DNA from: Paraspadella gotoi
Taxonomy: Eukaryota; Animalia; Chaetognatha
DNA length: 64,000 nucleotides
Assembly (NCBI GenBank): GCA_051294375.1
Contig: CM119271.1
Location: 10,345,427-10,409,426, forward strand
Direction: 5' to 3'
Shown: positions 53,237-63,639 of the stretch, one piece after another
Layout: each line of letters begins with the position of its first letter
Numbering within the stretch: position 1 is the first letter of the stretch
Position numbers and translations under genes: made by a program
Notes under the pieces: model-generated
Database searches by the model: none
What the model saw: only the letters and a program-made list of their open reading frames with translations
What the model was told of the DNA's origin: nothing

Positions 53237-53726
53237 CAGAAGGGTGTCTTTGTCGTTTCGGAAATTGACAAACTTGTACATACTTGGTGTTTCTCAGGAA
53301 AAGCTGGTCTCTTCCTTTTGTCATCTTTGTTTTCGTTGGTTTGACTGGAATAAAGAGTTCGTACAAAATTTGTTTTCAGTTTTCATTATGCGACTATAAC
53401 TGGTTTTAACCAAAAAAAAAATTAGTTAGGGTTAGTCCTATGCCAAAGCAGATCGTTGTGTTTTCATCCTCTCTCACTCCTACGATTTTCTTTAAAGAAA
53501 GTGAGAAAGAAACTGATTTGTCCGACTTAACAGATGTTTTCTAGACTTAGCACCCCCAATGGGTATTGGGTAATCCCCGTATCGGTTTTGAATGCTTTTT
53601 ATTTTTTATGTTAATTAATTTTGCCCTGATTGATTAAAAACTAAACGTAAACAGTTATATTTCGAGTTCCGTTATTGACGATATTTGTATTCTTTATTAA
53701 GAAAAATGAAAAATTAATTGACGACG

Positions 53727-56066
53727 ATGTCTAAATCGCGACAAAAATTGACCGCCAAAGAGCGCGGCGATCGCTGCGTGCAAGGCACCAACGACTCTTC
53801 CATCCTTTCCAAATGTTCCACGGCGGCGGCAGGTTATTTCCATGATCCATACTTGCGTTATTTCGCCACCAAATCGAGCCGTCGCTCTCCGCTCATCCAC
53901 CGCGCCTACTACGTCCGCGCCATGGCGGTCCAGACGTGCCTAGACGCCTTCCTGGCGCCGGAGACGATCGACGGACTCGGGCCAAGGGGCGCGAGACAGA
54001 TCGTGTCGCTCGGCGCCGGTTTCGACTCGGCCTTCTTTCGGCTCCGAGACTCGCCACTTTTTCGACTCGACGACGTCTACGTGGAGATTGACTTTCCGGC
54101 GCTTTGCCGGCGAAAAGCGGCGCTCATCCGGCGGAGCCCAATTTTGAGAGAAAAACTTGGGTTGGGGGAAGACGAGGATGCCGATAAAAAATCCACTTCG
54201 CATAGTGTCGTAATTGACGCTACGAATTACAAGCTCATTGGGGTGGATCTTTCGAAGATTCCGGAATTGGCCGCCAGTCTCGAGAGGTTGGTTACCTCAC
54301 AGTAGATATTTAAAGAAAAAAATTGATCCATAAATATTAATATTATTTCCATTTCTAAGGATCGTTTTCCATTCATATCCAGCATCGGCGTTTCTTTTAC
54401 CTCGGAAACCTTTTTCCTTTCCGAGGTAGTCCTCCCCTACATGAGCCAAAAGAATTCCGACTGCCTCCTCGATTGGTGCAGCCACGTCTTTCCTAATTGC
54501 GTCTTCGTCTCGTACGAACAAACGAATCCAAGAGACGCTTTCGGACGAATCATGATTCGTCACTTTGAATCTCTCGGTTCGCCGCTCAAGTAAGTGTCGC
54601 TAGTATCTTCGTCATCTTCGTTATTCCGTTCGTTTTCTTGGTCTCGATATCTGTTAATTTCCCAATCCCCTTTTTTCTCCAGGTATATTCAACATTACCC
54701 CAGCGTGGCCTTGATTCACAATCGATATTCCGCCGATCGATTTTCGGACGTTCGCATCTTGGACATGAATCGATTCTACAGCTCGGTTATCTCCGAGGAC
54801 GAACGACGCAGAGTCTCGCGGCTCGAGTGCTTCGACGAGGAGGAAGAGTGGGCTCAGAAATGCGCGCACTACGTCGTCGTCATCGCTGCCTCGGGAACGC
54901 TGCGAAGTATTCCGGGACGCATCGCCGGAGATGAGGCGCCTTGGGATGGACAATCTCCGGCGACGATCGCGGAGTCACTCAGTCCATCCTGGTCGAGACT
55001 CCGATCCCCCTCTCCTCGCTTTCTTCGTTTCGGTCATTCCTTGACTCGATTAGACTTCCAAGATTCGACTTTCGCCGTCATCGTCGGGGGATTCGGCGCC
55101 TTCGAGGGCGGCCATCGTCGCGAGGCCGCCGTCGACGTCTTGCGCTTCGACGATCTTTCGGTGGCGACGACGCGCTTGGACGGCGTCGACGTCCTCGGCG
55201 CTCGCCTTTTTCACTCTGTAACTGATATTGGAGGAGGAAGGATTTTAGTTTTTGGCGGCCGCTCCTCCCCCGCCAAACCTCTGTCCGATCCCGTCTCTTT
55301 GGAGATAAAGCGAGAGTCGAGCCCTGAGTCTGAAGGTTTTCTTGTCAAGGCAACGCCCTTCGGTTCATCCAACGCGCCTTCGCCGCGGTGGCGTCACTCG
55401 GCGACTTTATTGGCGCCGTCGGCGGCGGCGAGTCGCCAAACTCTTGGAACTCAATTGTTGATCTTTGGCGGAAAGTTAACTTACGACGCTGTAACCAACG
55501 AAGCCTTTCTGCTCGATTGCGACGACGCCTGTTGGACTCGTACGGATCTCGTAGACGCACGGGACGGCGAGACGCCCTTGCCCGCGCTTTGTTCGCACAC
55601 GGCCGATCTCCGCGGGGATCGCGTCGTTGTCTTCGGCGGACTCGGCGACGACTTCCGCCCCCGAAATTCCATCCTCGAACTCGACGTTGATTCGCGGACG
55701 TTTGTTTACGTCTCTCCCAAGGTCGGCGCTTTGACGCCGCGGTTCGGACACTCCGCTCACGTCCACGACGGTGTCCTGATCGCCATCGGCGGCGTCACAG
55801 ATTCGGGGATTAATCCCGGCGTCGGCGTCTTCGATTTTGAAACCGGCGTCGCCACGGAATACGTCGTTCCTCCCGTCGTTGACGGCGACGTTTTGATGCT
55901 GAGAAACCATCGAAGTTTCTTGCGGCGGAGACGAAGGGGGGAGGATAAAGAAGAAGAGAGCGAGGTGGTTGTCATCGGCGGCGGAGGAAATTGTTTCAGT
56001 TTTGGATCGCATTATAATGAAGACTTTTTCGTTGTTTCGTTACCAGTTGCGGACCGAAAGCCATGA
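53727..56066 (+). CDS. LCMT2: tRNA wybutosine-synthesizing protein 4 (LCM methyltransferase plus Kelch repeats)
   Basis: Exons 53727-54286, 54383-54589 and 54683-56066. VQGTNDSSILSKCS, RRSPLIHRAYYVR, QIVSLGAGFDS, YEQ..P.DAFG.IM, FDE.EEW..KC.HY, Kelch repeats, and C-terminal GGGGNCFSFGSH. Confidence 0.92.
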
Positions 56067-56469
56067 AGCATTTTTCTTCAGATTCAGAATAGAATAGAAT
56101 GCATTGTGCATTGTGCACTGTGAAATCTTCCGAGCTCGATTTTCGATTTCTAAGGATATTTTCATTGGTTAGTCTTAACCTCAAATTTAAGGACTATTAA
56201 GAATTTGTACTACTTCATTGAAACTAGCTGTTCCCCTTCTTGATAACTGCGCCACCTTTGACATCCTTTTGCATTAAACATCAACCCAGATGAAAAATGT
56301 TTTCACCAATATTTATAAAAATACAGAACTACTGAATTAGACGTGATATTTTTTTCTACTGTTATTTTCTTATATTTTTATTTCTATTTATTGTTGATGA
56401 CTGTTATCGTATCAAACTTTTGATATGAAATATATTTCTCGTTAATTTTTTTATTTCTTCCAAAAAGAC

Positions 56470-57300
56470 ATGACTCATCAAGTCGAGTCGCCAAGCGACT
56501 GGAGCATATTGCTGACTCGGATCGGCGCCGACCTTTGTGAACGCGAACTCCGAACACTCTGTTTCGTCCACGCGATTCCCGAACGAAGCGTCGAACGCAT
56601 CTTCGCCCAACAGGATATCCAGCGATGGTCCACGTTCGTTCGGATGTTGCTCGACGACGACGTCATCTTCGAGGACGACACCGACGGGCTCATCCACATC
56701 CTCAAGAGCCTCCATCGGCAAGACTTAATCCGAGAAGTGAACAATTACGCAGAACAATCTAGGACAAAGTCGATCGAACGAAAAGACGTCGGCTCGAACT
56801 TTAGCGACGGGGATCCACACCTCGCCGTCGCTTTTGAGTTTTTGGAGACAAATTTCAAGCCAAAGGATTGGAAGAAATTAATCCGCGCTTTAGGTTAGTG
56901 CGCCCCTGGGCTAGCTGAATATACTATTTCCCCACTTTGAATTAATCTTTTTATTTGTTTTTATAATAAGGTATTTTGTGGATTTGTTGGTTCGTTCGTT
57001 TGTTACTTCATTAATTTGTTTGATCTTTCTTTTAACTTGTCCATCTTTGCTATAAGTCTTTTGTTCTGTTCATTATTTTTCTTTCTTTTTACAGAACTCG
57101 AAAGTATAGACATAGACGACGCCCTCGATCGAAATATTGACAATGAAAAGGACGCTTTCGTCGAGTGCCTTCGGTTGTGGGGACAGACCAGTTCCAACGC
57201 GAGCGTGGAAGTTTTGAAAAAAACCATGAAATCCATTCGATGGAACCTCTCCGCCGATCTCATGATCGAATCCATCAATAACAAAAAAAGAGCGTTCTAG
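56470..57300 (+). CDS. FADD: FADD-like adaptor (death effector domain plus death domain)
   Basis: Exons 56470-56893 and 57095-57300. N-terminal DED with RxDL motif (HRQDL); C-terminal death domain (DWKKLIRAL, CLRLW). Confidence 0.7.
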
Positions 57301-57803
57301 TTTTACTCTAACATTCCTATTTGTCTAAATATTGCATTTATATTGCGAAGGCATTTATTTGGTTTTGAATATTTTTTATTTGTATAGTTTTTCACAAATC
57401 ATGTTTTATTTTCATTCTGTTATGTAATATTAATATGCAATTTTATGCATTGATACTTTTAATTTAATGAGAGCTTTTAAATTTCTGTAAAAGTTCTGGG
57501 GTTCTAGTCGCTATTTGGGAAACTTTGCAAAAATGTTTAAGTTGCACATGCGCAAAATAATTCTAAAAATCACGCATCAAAGAATTACTCGTACTGCATA
57601 AATTCTACACCACAGAACAAAAGATCATGTTGTTAAGAATTGATGAGCGGGGTTTTCCGTCAGTTGCTCACTCTTCTGAGATTATCTATATCGTAGTATT
57701 TAATGAAAGTTTTACAAAAGTTAATTAAGATCAACAGATTACAACGAGAGTTTATGTCCAACAGAATTATTCCATTCTCCATTGTTTTTCTTTCTACCAA
57801 CAG

Positions 57804-60395
57804 ATGTTCGAAGCAGAACTCAAAGGAGTGAAGTTGAGTTTAAAAACATTAGACTGTCACGTGGAAGGCTCAGTCTTCGACGTCAAACTCTGCCCTGGCT
57901 CCTTTCCTTGTCTAGAAAACGTGGATCAGATTTGGCTCGACGAGGTTCGCGATTTGACCGAGGATCAAATTATTCCCGGCTTTCAGTATTTCCATCGCTC
58001 CGAGATTTTAGAATTTTCTCACGTTGCCTGGCGCGAGAGGCGACAGCCGCTGTTGAGATCGAGGCGCCGCTCGTTGATGAGCGCTAAGAAAAGGATTCCC
58101 TTCCATCAATCGTACATGGAATCGGTCGACGTGGCGGGAATCTGTCTCGCCGGGCGCGTCGCTTCTTCATCTGAGGTCGAAGGGGGAGAAATATCGACGC
58201 CGGATATCTCTCCGGTCGACGCCGGTCCATCAGCCTATGTCGTCATCGACGCCGACGACGAAGCTCTTGCCCTCGCCGTCGCCGACATCTCGTCTCGGCC
58301 TTCGGTCGCCGTCTCTATCTCCGGCGCCAACGTCGGGCGTCGCGGAGCCGTCTCTTGGATGTCTTTCTCGACGCCCGACGTTGTTTATCTCATCGACGTT
58401 TTGACTCTCGGGTCTCGCGCCTTTGAGTCTGGATTTGGCGCGCTTCTTTCCTCCAAGACGCCGCTCAAAGTGATGCACGATTGCCGCGACGCCGCCGACG
58501 CTCTCCGCCACCGTTTCGGCCTCACTCTCGACGGCGTGTTCGACACCCAAGCCGCCGACGGGATCGCTCAACGGACCGGCACCGCGGAGCTGCCCGACGT
58601 TTTGCCGCGATACGTCAAATCGTTGCCCGTATTGCTGAAGGAGCATTTGTCGTTGCCCGATGAGGCCATCAATCTGGTGTGGGTACGGAGCAGGGATTCC
58701 ACTCTGGACGAATGTGTGTGGACGCGGAGGCCGATCTCGAAGGGCGCCGTCGAGATTCTGCTCAAGGACGTCATTCATTTGCAGGAGAGAAAGAGGGGGG
58801 GAAGAATGAGGAGTTTCACTAGGAAGTCATTTCTTAAAAATGGCCATTGGTTTGTATTAAACGTTCCTCTAATGATTTGGCAGCTCGAATATCTTTGACC
58901 AAAAGATGACGATGTAGACGAAGCTACTAAAAAGTCGACGACGAAGTTAATAATCATGAAGAGAGTTTGTTTGATGCGCTGATGAAGACTTGAATCAAAG
59001 TCGAAACATGTTAATTGTTTTTAATTAAAATCGTTGTTTGCTCTAATTCAAACTCTCTTCAATTCAAACAAAACGAATGAAAGGATTTCACATAATATTA
59101 ATAATTTAAAACATATTGGATCACATATATGTTATCTTCGCGGATTGCTAAATTACTCTTGTTTTTTCGGGTTAATCTCATCGTCTTTCCTCCCTCTTCC
59201 ATCGCCTACGACGACGCCATACTAGGCTCTGACCTCAACCCTCGTCGACAAGCTACTCCGCGACGCTCATCGAGCCTCCGACATCTTCCTCTCTTCCCTT
59301 CGCGACGCCAAAGACGCCGATTGGTCGACGCTCCTCTCCGAGTCCCACCTCCTCCCGCGCGACTTCGCGAAACGTCTCTCGCGCGGTCGGCGCCGTCATT
59401 TCTACGGCGACCGCATGGGTCAGATCGACGGCGGCGCCATCGAGAACGCCATTACCAGTCGACTCACTGGGATAGTCTTCTCTCCTTCCGGCATGGCCTG
59501 GCTGCGCCGCAATTCCAGCCTCCGAGGAAATCAGGTTCAAGCGAGGTTCGAGGCCTCTATATCGCTTCCTCGGCGCCTGGCGCCCGAGCGGCTCGCCGAC
59601 TTTCTCCTCGCGGCTTGGAAGGCAGAGGTCCGAGCTTCAGCGCCAGCGTTTTTGAGATCAAGGTTTGGAGATGGTGAGGGCCTTTTAAACGATGATGACA
59701 ACAATATCCTCAAGCCTTTGGTGACTCTGAAAGATAAAAGTTCCGGTTTTCTTTTTTACGACTCGAGTGGATATTCGAGAAGCAGTCGGCCTTTTTTCCT
59801 TCGGCCAGAGGCGGAGTCCGCCGTCGAATCTGGCGTCGCCTCGTCCGTGATTGACGAAGACGACGACGAACGTGCAGACGACAATCACGGGGAACAACAG
59901 TGTCACGAACATGACAATCGCAGCGAACGAAAGGACGAACAATCAAATGTTAACAACCCTTGCCATTTACTGAACGACATGGAATGCGATAAAAATAGCA
60001 GTGAACAACAGTTTGACGCAACCAATGACGAGAAACACGACGCAAGCGAACATGAGGATCGACCTTTACGATCGCGTTTGGTCAGTTATGGAAGCACATC
60101 CAGCGATGACGACGACGATCGAGATTGTAGCGATGACAATGACTGCAATTCTGGCTGTGACGAAGACGACCTTAATTGCAACGATGACCATGACGACGAC
60201 AATTCTCGCTATGACGTACAGAACTCTTTTGAGGACGAAGTTCAAATTCCCTCGACTCAAGAAGTCGACCTGACGAAGGCGACGCCGTTATCGCCGCCGA
60301 AAACCGAAGAGGAAATTGAGCCGCTTGAGATGGAGACGGAATCGGAGGAGATCGAAGGCAATTACTTGCCATTGTCGCTAGAGTCTCTCGAGTGA
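57804..60395 (+). CDS. EXD1: piRNA biogenesis protein EXD1 (LSm-like plus inactive 3'-5' exonuclease, acidic tail)
   Basis: Exons 57804-58784 and 59226-60395 (donor reads GA, see findings). Motifs IPGFQYFHRSEI, GANVGRRG, KVMHDCR..ADAL, VFDTQAAD, LPRYVKSL and W..RP; the junction gives DVIHLQ-ALTSTLVDKLL..DIFLSSLRD..HLLP. Confidence 0.8.
58979..59012 (+). ncRNA. Hammerhead ribozyme motif in the EXD1 intron (stem I unpaired)
   Basis: CTGATGA-A-GACTT-gaatca-AAGTC-GAAACATGT-T. Core, stem II and palindrome are intact; the flanks do not pair. Confidence 0.5.
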
Positions 60396-60630
60396 TCGAC
60401 GAACTTTGCTATAGACGTCGTTTTCGTCGAGTAAATTACATGGCGCCCTGGTGATTATTTTCTTCGTCTCTCCCTTGAATCGGAGGGAAACTTTCACTAC
60501 CACTACATTTCGGAAATTTTTCAGAATATTTATATTGTTTTTCGTTTACCCTTGCCATGTTCGATTTTGAACTTATTTACTTTTCTATTCTATTCGTAGC
60601 TAATCTTTTTTTTTTTTCAATTCTTTCAAG

Positions 60631-62492
60631 ATGTTTAGATCACAGAACATTAACGTTAGCGCCAAGAAGGAAGCGCCGCCGCCGCCGCCCGCCCCCGTAG
60701 ACCCTCACGTCTTTCTAGTGAAACCTTATTGTCAAAACTACGCATGGGGCAAAGTTGGATCCTCGAGCGTCGTAGCCACCCTCATGGCGAGCGGCTATCC
60801 GGACTCATTCCGGGTGGACGAGGCGAGTCCCTATGCCGAGATGTGGATGGGCACCCACCCGTCCGGACCCAACACGGTCCTCGGCGTGGAGGCGGAGAAG
60901 GACACCAGTTTGAAGAACTACGTGACTCGTCGACCTGAACTCTTGGGAGACGTGATCACCGATCACTTCCCCAAGAACGGCCTACCCTTTCTCTTCAAGG
61001 TGCTCTCGGTTCAAAACTCCCTCTCGATCCAAGCTCACCCCAACAAGGAACTCGCTGCGAAACTTCACGCTCAGCAGCCAGAGAATTATCCGGACAAAAA
61101 TCACAAACCGGAAATGGCCATCGCGATAACTCCTATGGACGGTGAGTAATTTTATTTTCTCTTTAATTTCGCTTTCATATAACTTATAAGGGTAATGGTT
61201 TCCCTCCCCCCAACATCAACTTTCAGCTCTCTGCGGTTTCCGCCCTTATTCCGAGATCGTCCACTTTCTCCGTGAAGTGCCCGAGTTTCGCTTGGTGGTG
61301 ACCGAGGGCCTGGCCGAGGCCTTCTGCCAGTCAGTTGAGCACAAGACGACCACGCAAATCGAGCGGTTCTCGCTCAAAGCCGCTTTCTCTTCCATCTACG
61401 ACCGGGAGCCGGCCTTCGTTCGGAAGTGCGTCGACGACATGTTGGGACGGTTGAGAGATAATCAGGGTGAGAGGGCGTGATTTTGACAATGTTACGAGAG
61501 ATGAACTTTTGATTCAATCGATAATGTGAGTTCATCAATCTCATTTGCATATAGTCGTGTTGACATTAAGTTGACATAAATGCAGTATCTGTGTCATTTC
61601 ATGATTTAAAATTGTAAATTCACTTTTTTTCATTTAGTATAGCAATTGATGATGATTAATTAATAATTATTAAACCGGGTCGCGTCAGGTCGAACGGAAC
61701 ACGTCGAGTCAGTCTACGATCTCCTGGAAAAGCTCGACGCTCAATTTCCCGGCGACGTCGGAATTTTTTGCGTCTTCTTCTTCAATCGCGTCCAACTCAA
61801 ACCGGGACAAGCTATATTTTTGGGTGAAGAGGAATTCTCGACGGGATTGGAATTTTACGCTTTCTGACGGCGGAATGAATTGAAAATAGCGATTCGATTA
61901 GAGATAGTTAACTTACCAATCTTCCAACCAGCCGCCAACGAGCCCCACGCCTACATCTCTGGCGACGTCGTGGAATGCATGGCGGCGAGCGACAACGTGG
62001 TCCGCGCCGGCCTCACGCCCAAGTTCAAAGACGTGAAGACGCTCTGCACGATGCTCAACTACGAAGGCGCCCACGCGGAAACCAAGATCTTCGAGTCGCA
62101 CGTGGGAGGAAACGTGACGACCTACAAACCGCCGCTCATCGATTTCGCCGTGCAGAAGATATTTCTCGTCGTGAGTAGAGAGAGGAAGGGGTTGAGTTGA
62201 GGGTGTTGGGAAATATCTCTCTCTCTATCTCTCTATACTCCTTCTTCCTTCTCTCACTCAGGCCGGGAGCGACATCGAGCTCCCTCCCAAAGGCTCTGCC
62301 AGTATGGTTCTCATAACCCGCGGCGAGGGCGTCGCCTACGCGGGCAAGAAGGAGACGGGCGGCATCACCTCGTTCTTCGTCAAGCCGGGCGTCGTGATCT
62401 TCGTCGGCGCTTATCAGCACGTTAAGTTGCAGAACATGGAGCGAGAGTCGGCCATGATTTTGTATCGCGCCTACACGTCGTCGCACCATTAA
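60631..62492 (+). CDS. MPI: Mannose-6-phosphate isomerase (type I PMI)
   Basis: Exons 60631-61141, 61227-61466, 61689-61823, 61932-62170 and 62262-62492. [81 protein letters not shown]. Confidence 0.96.
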
Positions 62493-62937
62493 GGGAAAGA
62501 TTGTTGAAACTTGAATTACGCCTAATGCGAGTCATGATTTGTGGGCGAAGGAGTGGAAATCATCTCCTTTTTTTTTTGAGCCGCTGAAAAACACAAAAAT
62601 ACTTTGTTGTAGTTCCAGTCGTTGACGATTTTTTATCGGCCGTGATTTTATGTAGAAAACTTAGTCTAGTCAGATGTTTGTTTTTTTTTGTTTTTTTTTT
62701 ATTGTCAGTGGTTCATACTAGTTATTGACTCCAAATCTTTATATATTTTTATAGATCTGTGTCCGTAGCAGTTTTAGTGACGGTCTTATATTTCAGCTAG
62801 TTTACGTTGAAAAATTTAATTTTATGTGATATTTTTCTCTCAAGATTTATAAACCCATGTAACATTTTTTTTTTTTAGCCAAATCGCGAGTTGTCATTTT
62901 CAAATTACAGTACTTAAAAATTAGTTCTCATCTCGTG

Positions 62938-62958
62938 ATGCCCATTTGTTCCGCATGA
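62938..62958 (+). promoter_or_regulatory. 6-codon uORF (MPICSA*) overlapping the DMAC1 start codon
   Basis: gtgATG CCC ATT TGT TCC GCA TGA; its TGA overlaps the DMAC1 ATG as ATGA. Confidence 0.45.
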
Positions 62959-63353
62959 CGAAAGAAGTCGCCGACGAACCCGAAGGCGTCCAGGACTACG
63001 AATATCCCCCGATCCCCGTTGACTTTAAAAACCCCTTCGTCTATCCTCCTCTTCTCCCTAACGATCATCAGTCTATTGCCTCCCGTTTCGCCCGCGACGC
63101 CGTTCACCCTTTGGACGCTTCTATTCTCGCCGCTGCCGCCGCCGCCGCTGCATCGTCGCGCGCCGAGTCCTGCTTGTCCTGCCGCGTCGTCGGCGGATTG
63201 GGTCCCATCGCCATCTCCGCCTACGTCCTCTTCGCTGCCCATCGGTGGACCTCGTCCAGGATCATTCCGTTCTCGCTGGCGGCGGCGTCGTTTTCCGTCG
63301 GCGTCGTTTCTCTCTTCGATCTTCCTCTTCGTGATTGGTGGAAACGGAAATGA
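62955..63353 (+). CDS. DMAC1: DMAC1 / TMEM261-like complex I assembly factor
   Basis: Single-exon 132 aa ORF with the [11 protein letters not shown]....SAYV motif (compare CWSCRVLSGLG...GGYV) and two hydrophobic segments. Confidence 0.72.
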   Translation: MTKEVADEPEGVQDYEYPPIPVDFKNPFVYPPLLPNDHQSIASRFARDAVHPLDASILAAAAAAAASSRAESCLSCRVVGGLGPIAISAYVLFAAHRWTSSRIIPFSLAAASFSVGVVSLFDLPLRDWWKRK

Positions 63354-63594
63354 ACAACGGCCAATCACCGTCGGCGCCGCCAGCGCAGCGCGGGGCCGTC
63401 GGCGGTGTCGCGGCTGTGCCGAGGCAATCCTCGAGGCCGCCTTCGCAAATGATCAGAAAACCTCCTCAAGGACTTTTTTGCCAGTACTCGAAGCGGTCTT
63501 GTCATCAAAATCGATTGGACGGTTTCGATTTTTGTTTGAAGCATATCCTCGAGGATAAGAACGCTCCGTACCGACAGGCGAGTATTTGCTTTAT

Positions 63595-63639
<45 letters not shown>

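Noticed and set aside
59129-60395. Separate gene(s) at ORFs 59129-59677 and 59415-60395
   Set aside because: The 59415 frame is open back to the acceptor at 59225 and continues EXD1; 59129 is an alternative frame.
63260-63349. Calicivirus-type TURBS motif (UGGGA) upstream of the ATGA overlap
   Set aside because: No TGGGA in this stretch, so that specific reinitiation mechanism is not supported.
43239-63368. Minus-strand ORFs overlapping the cluster genes (e.g. 43239-43853, 55476-56012, 58230-58778)
   Set aside because: Antisense shadows of GC-rich coding sequence with no recognisable domains.
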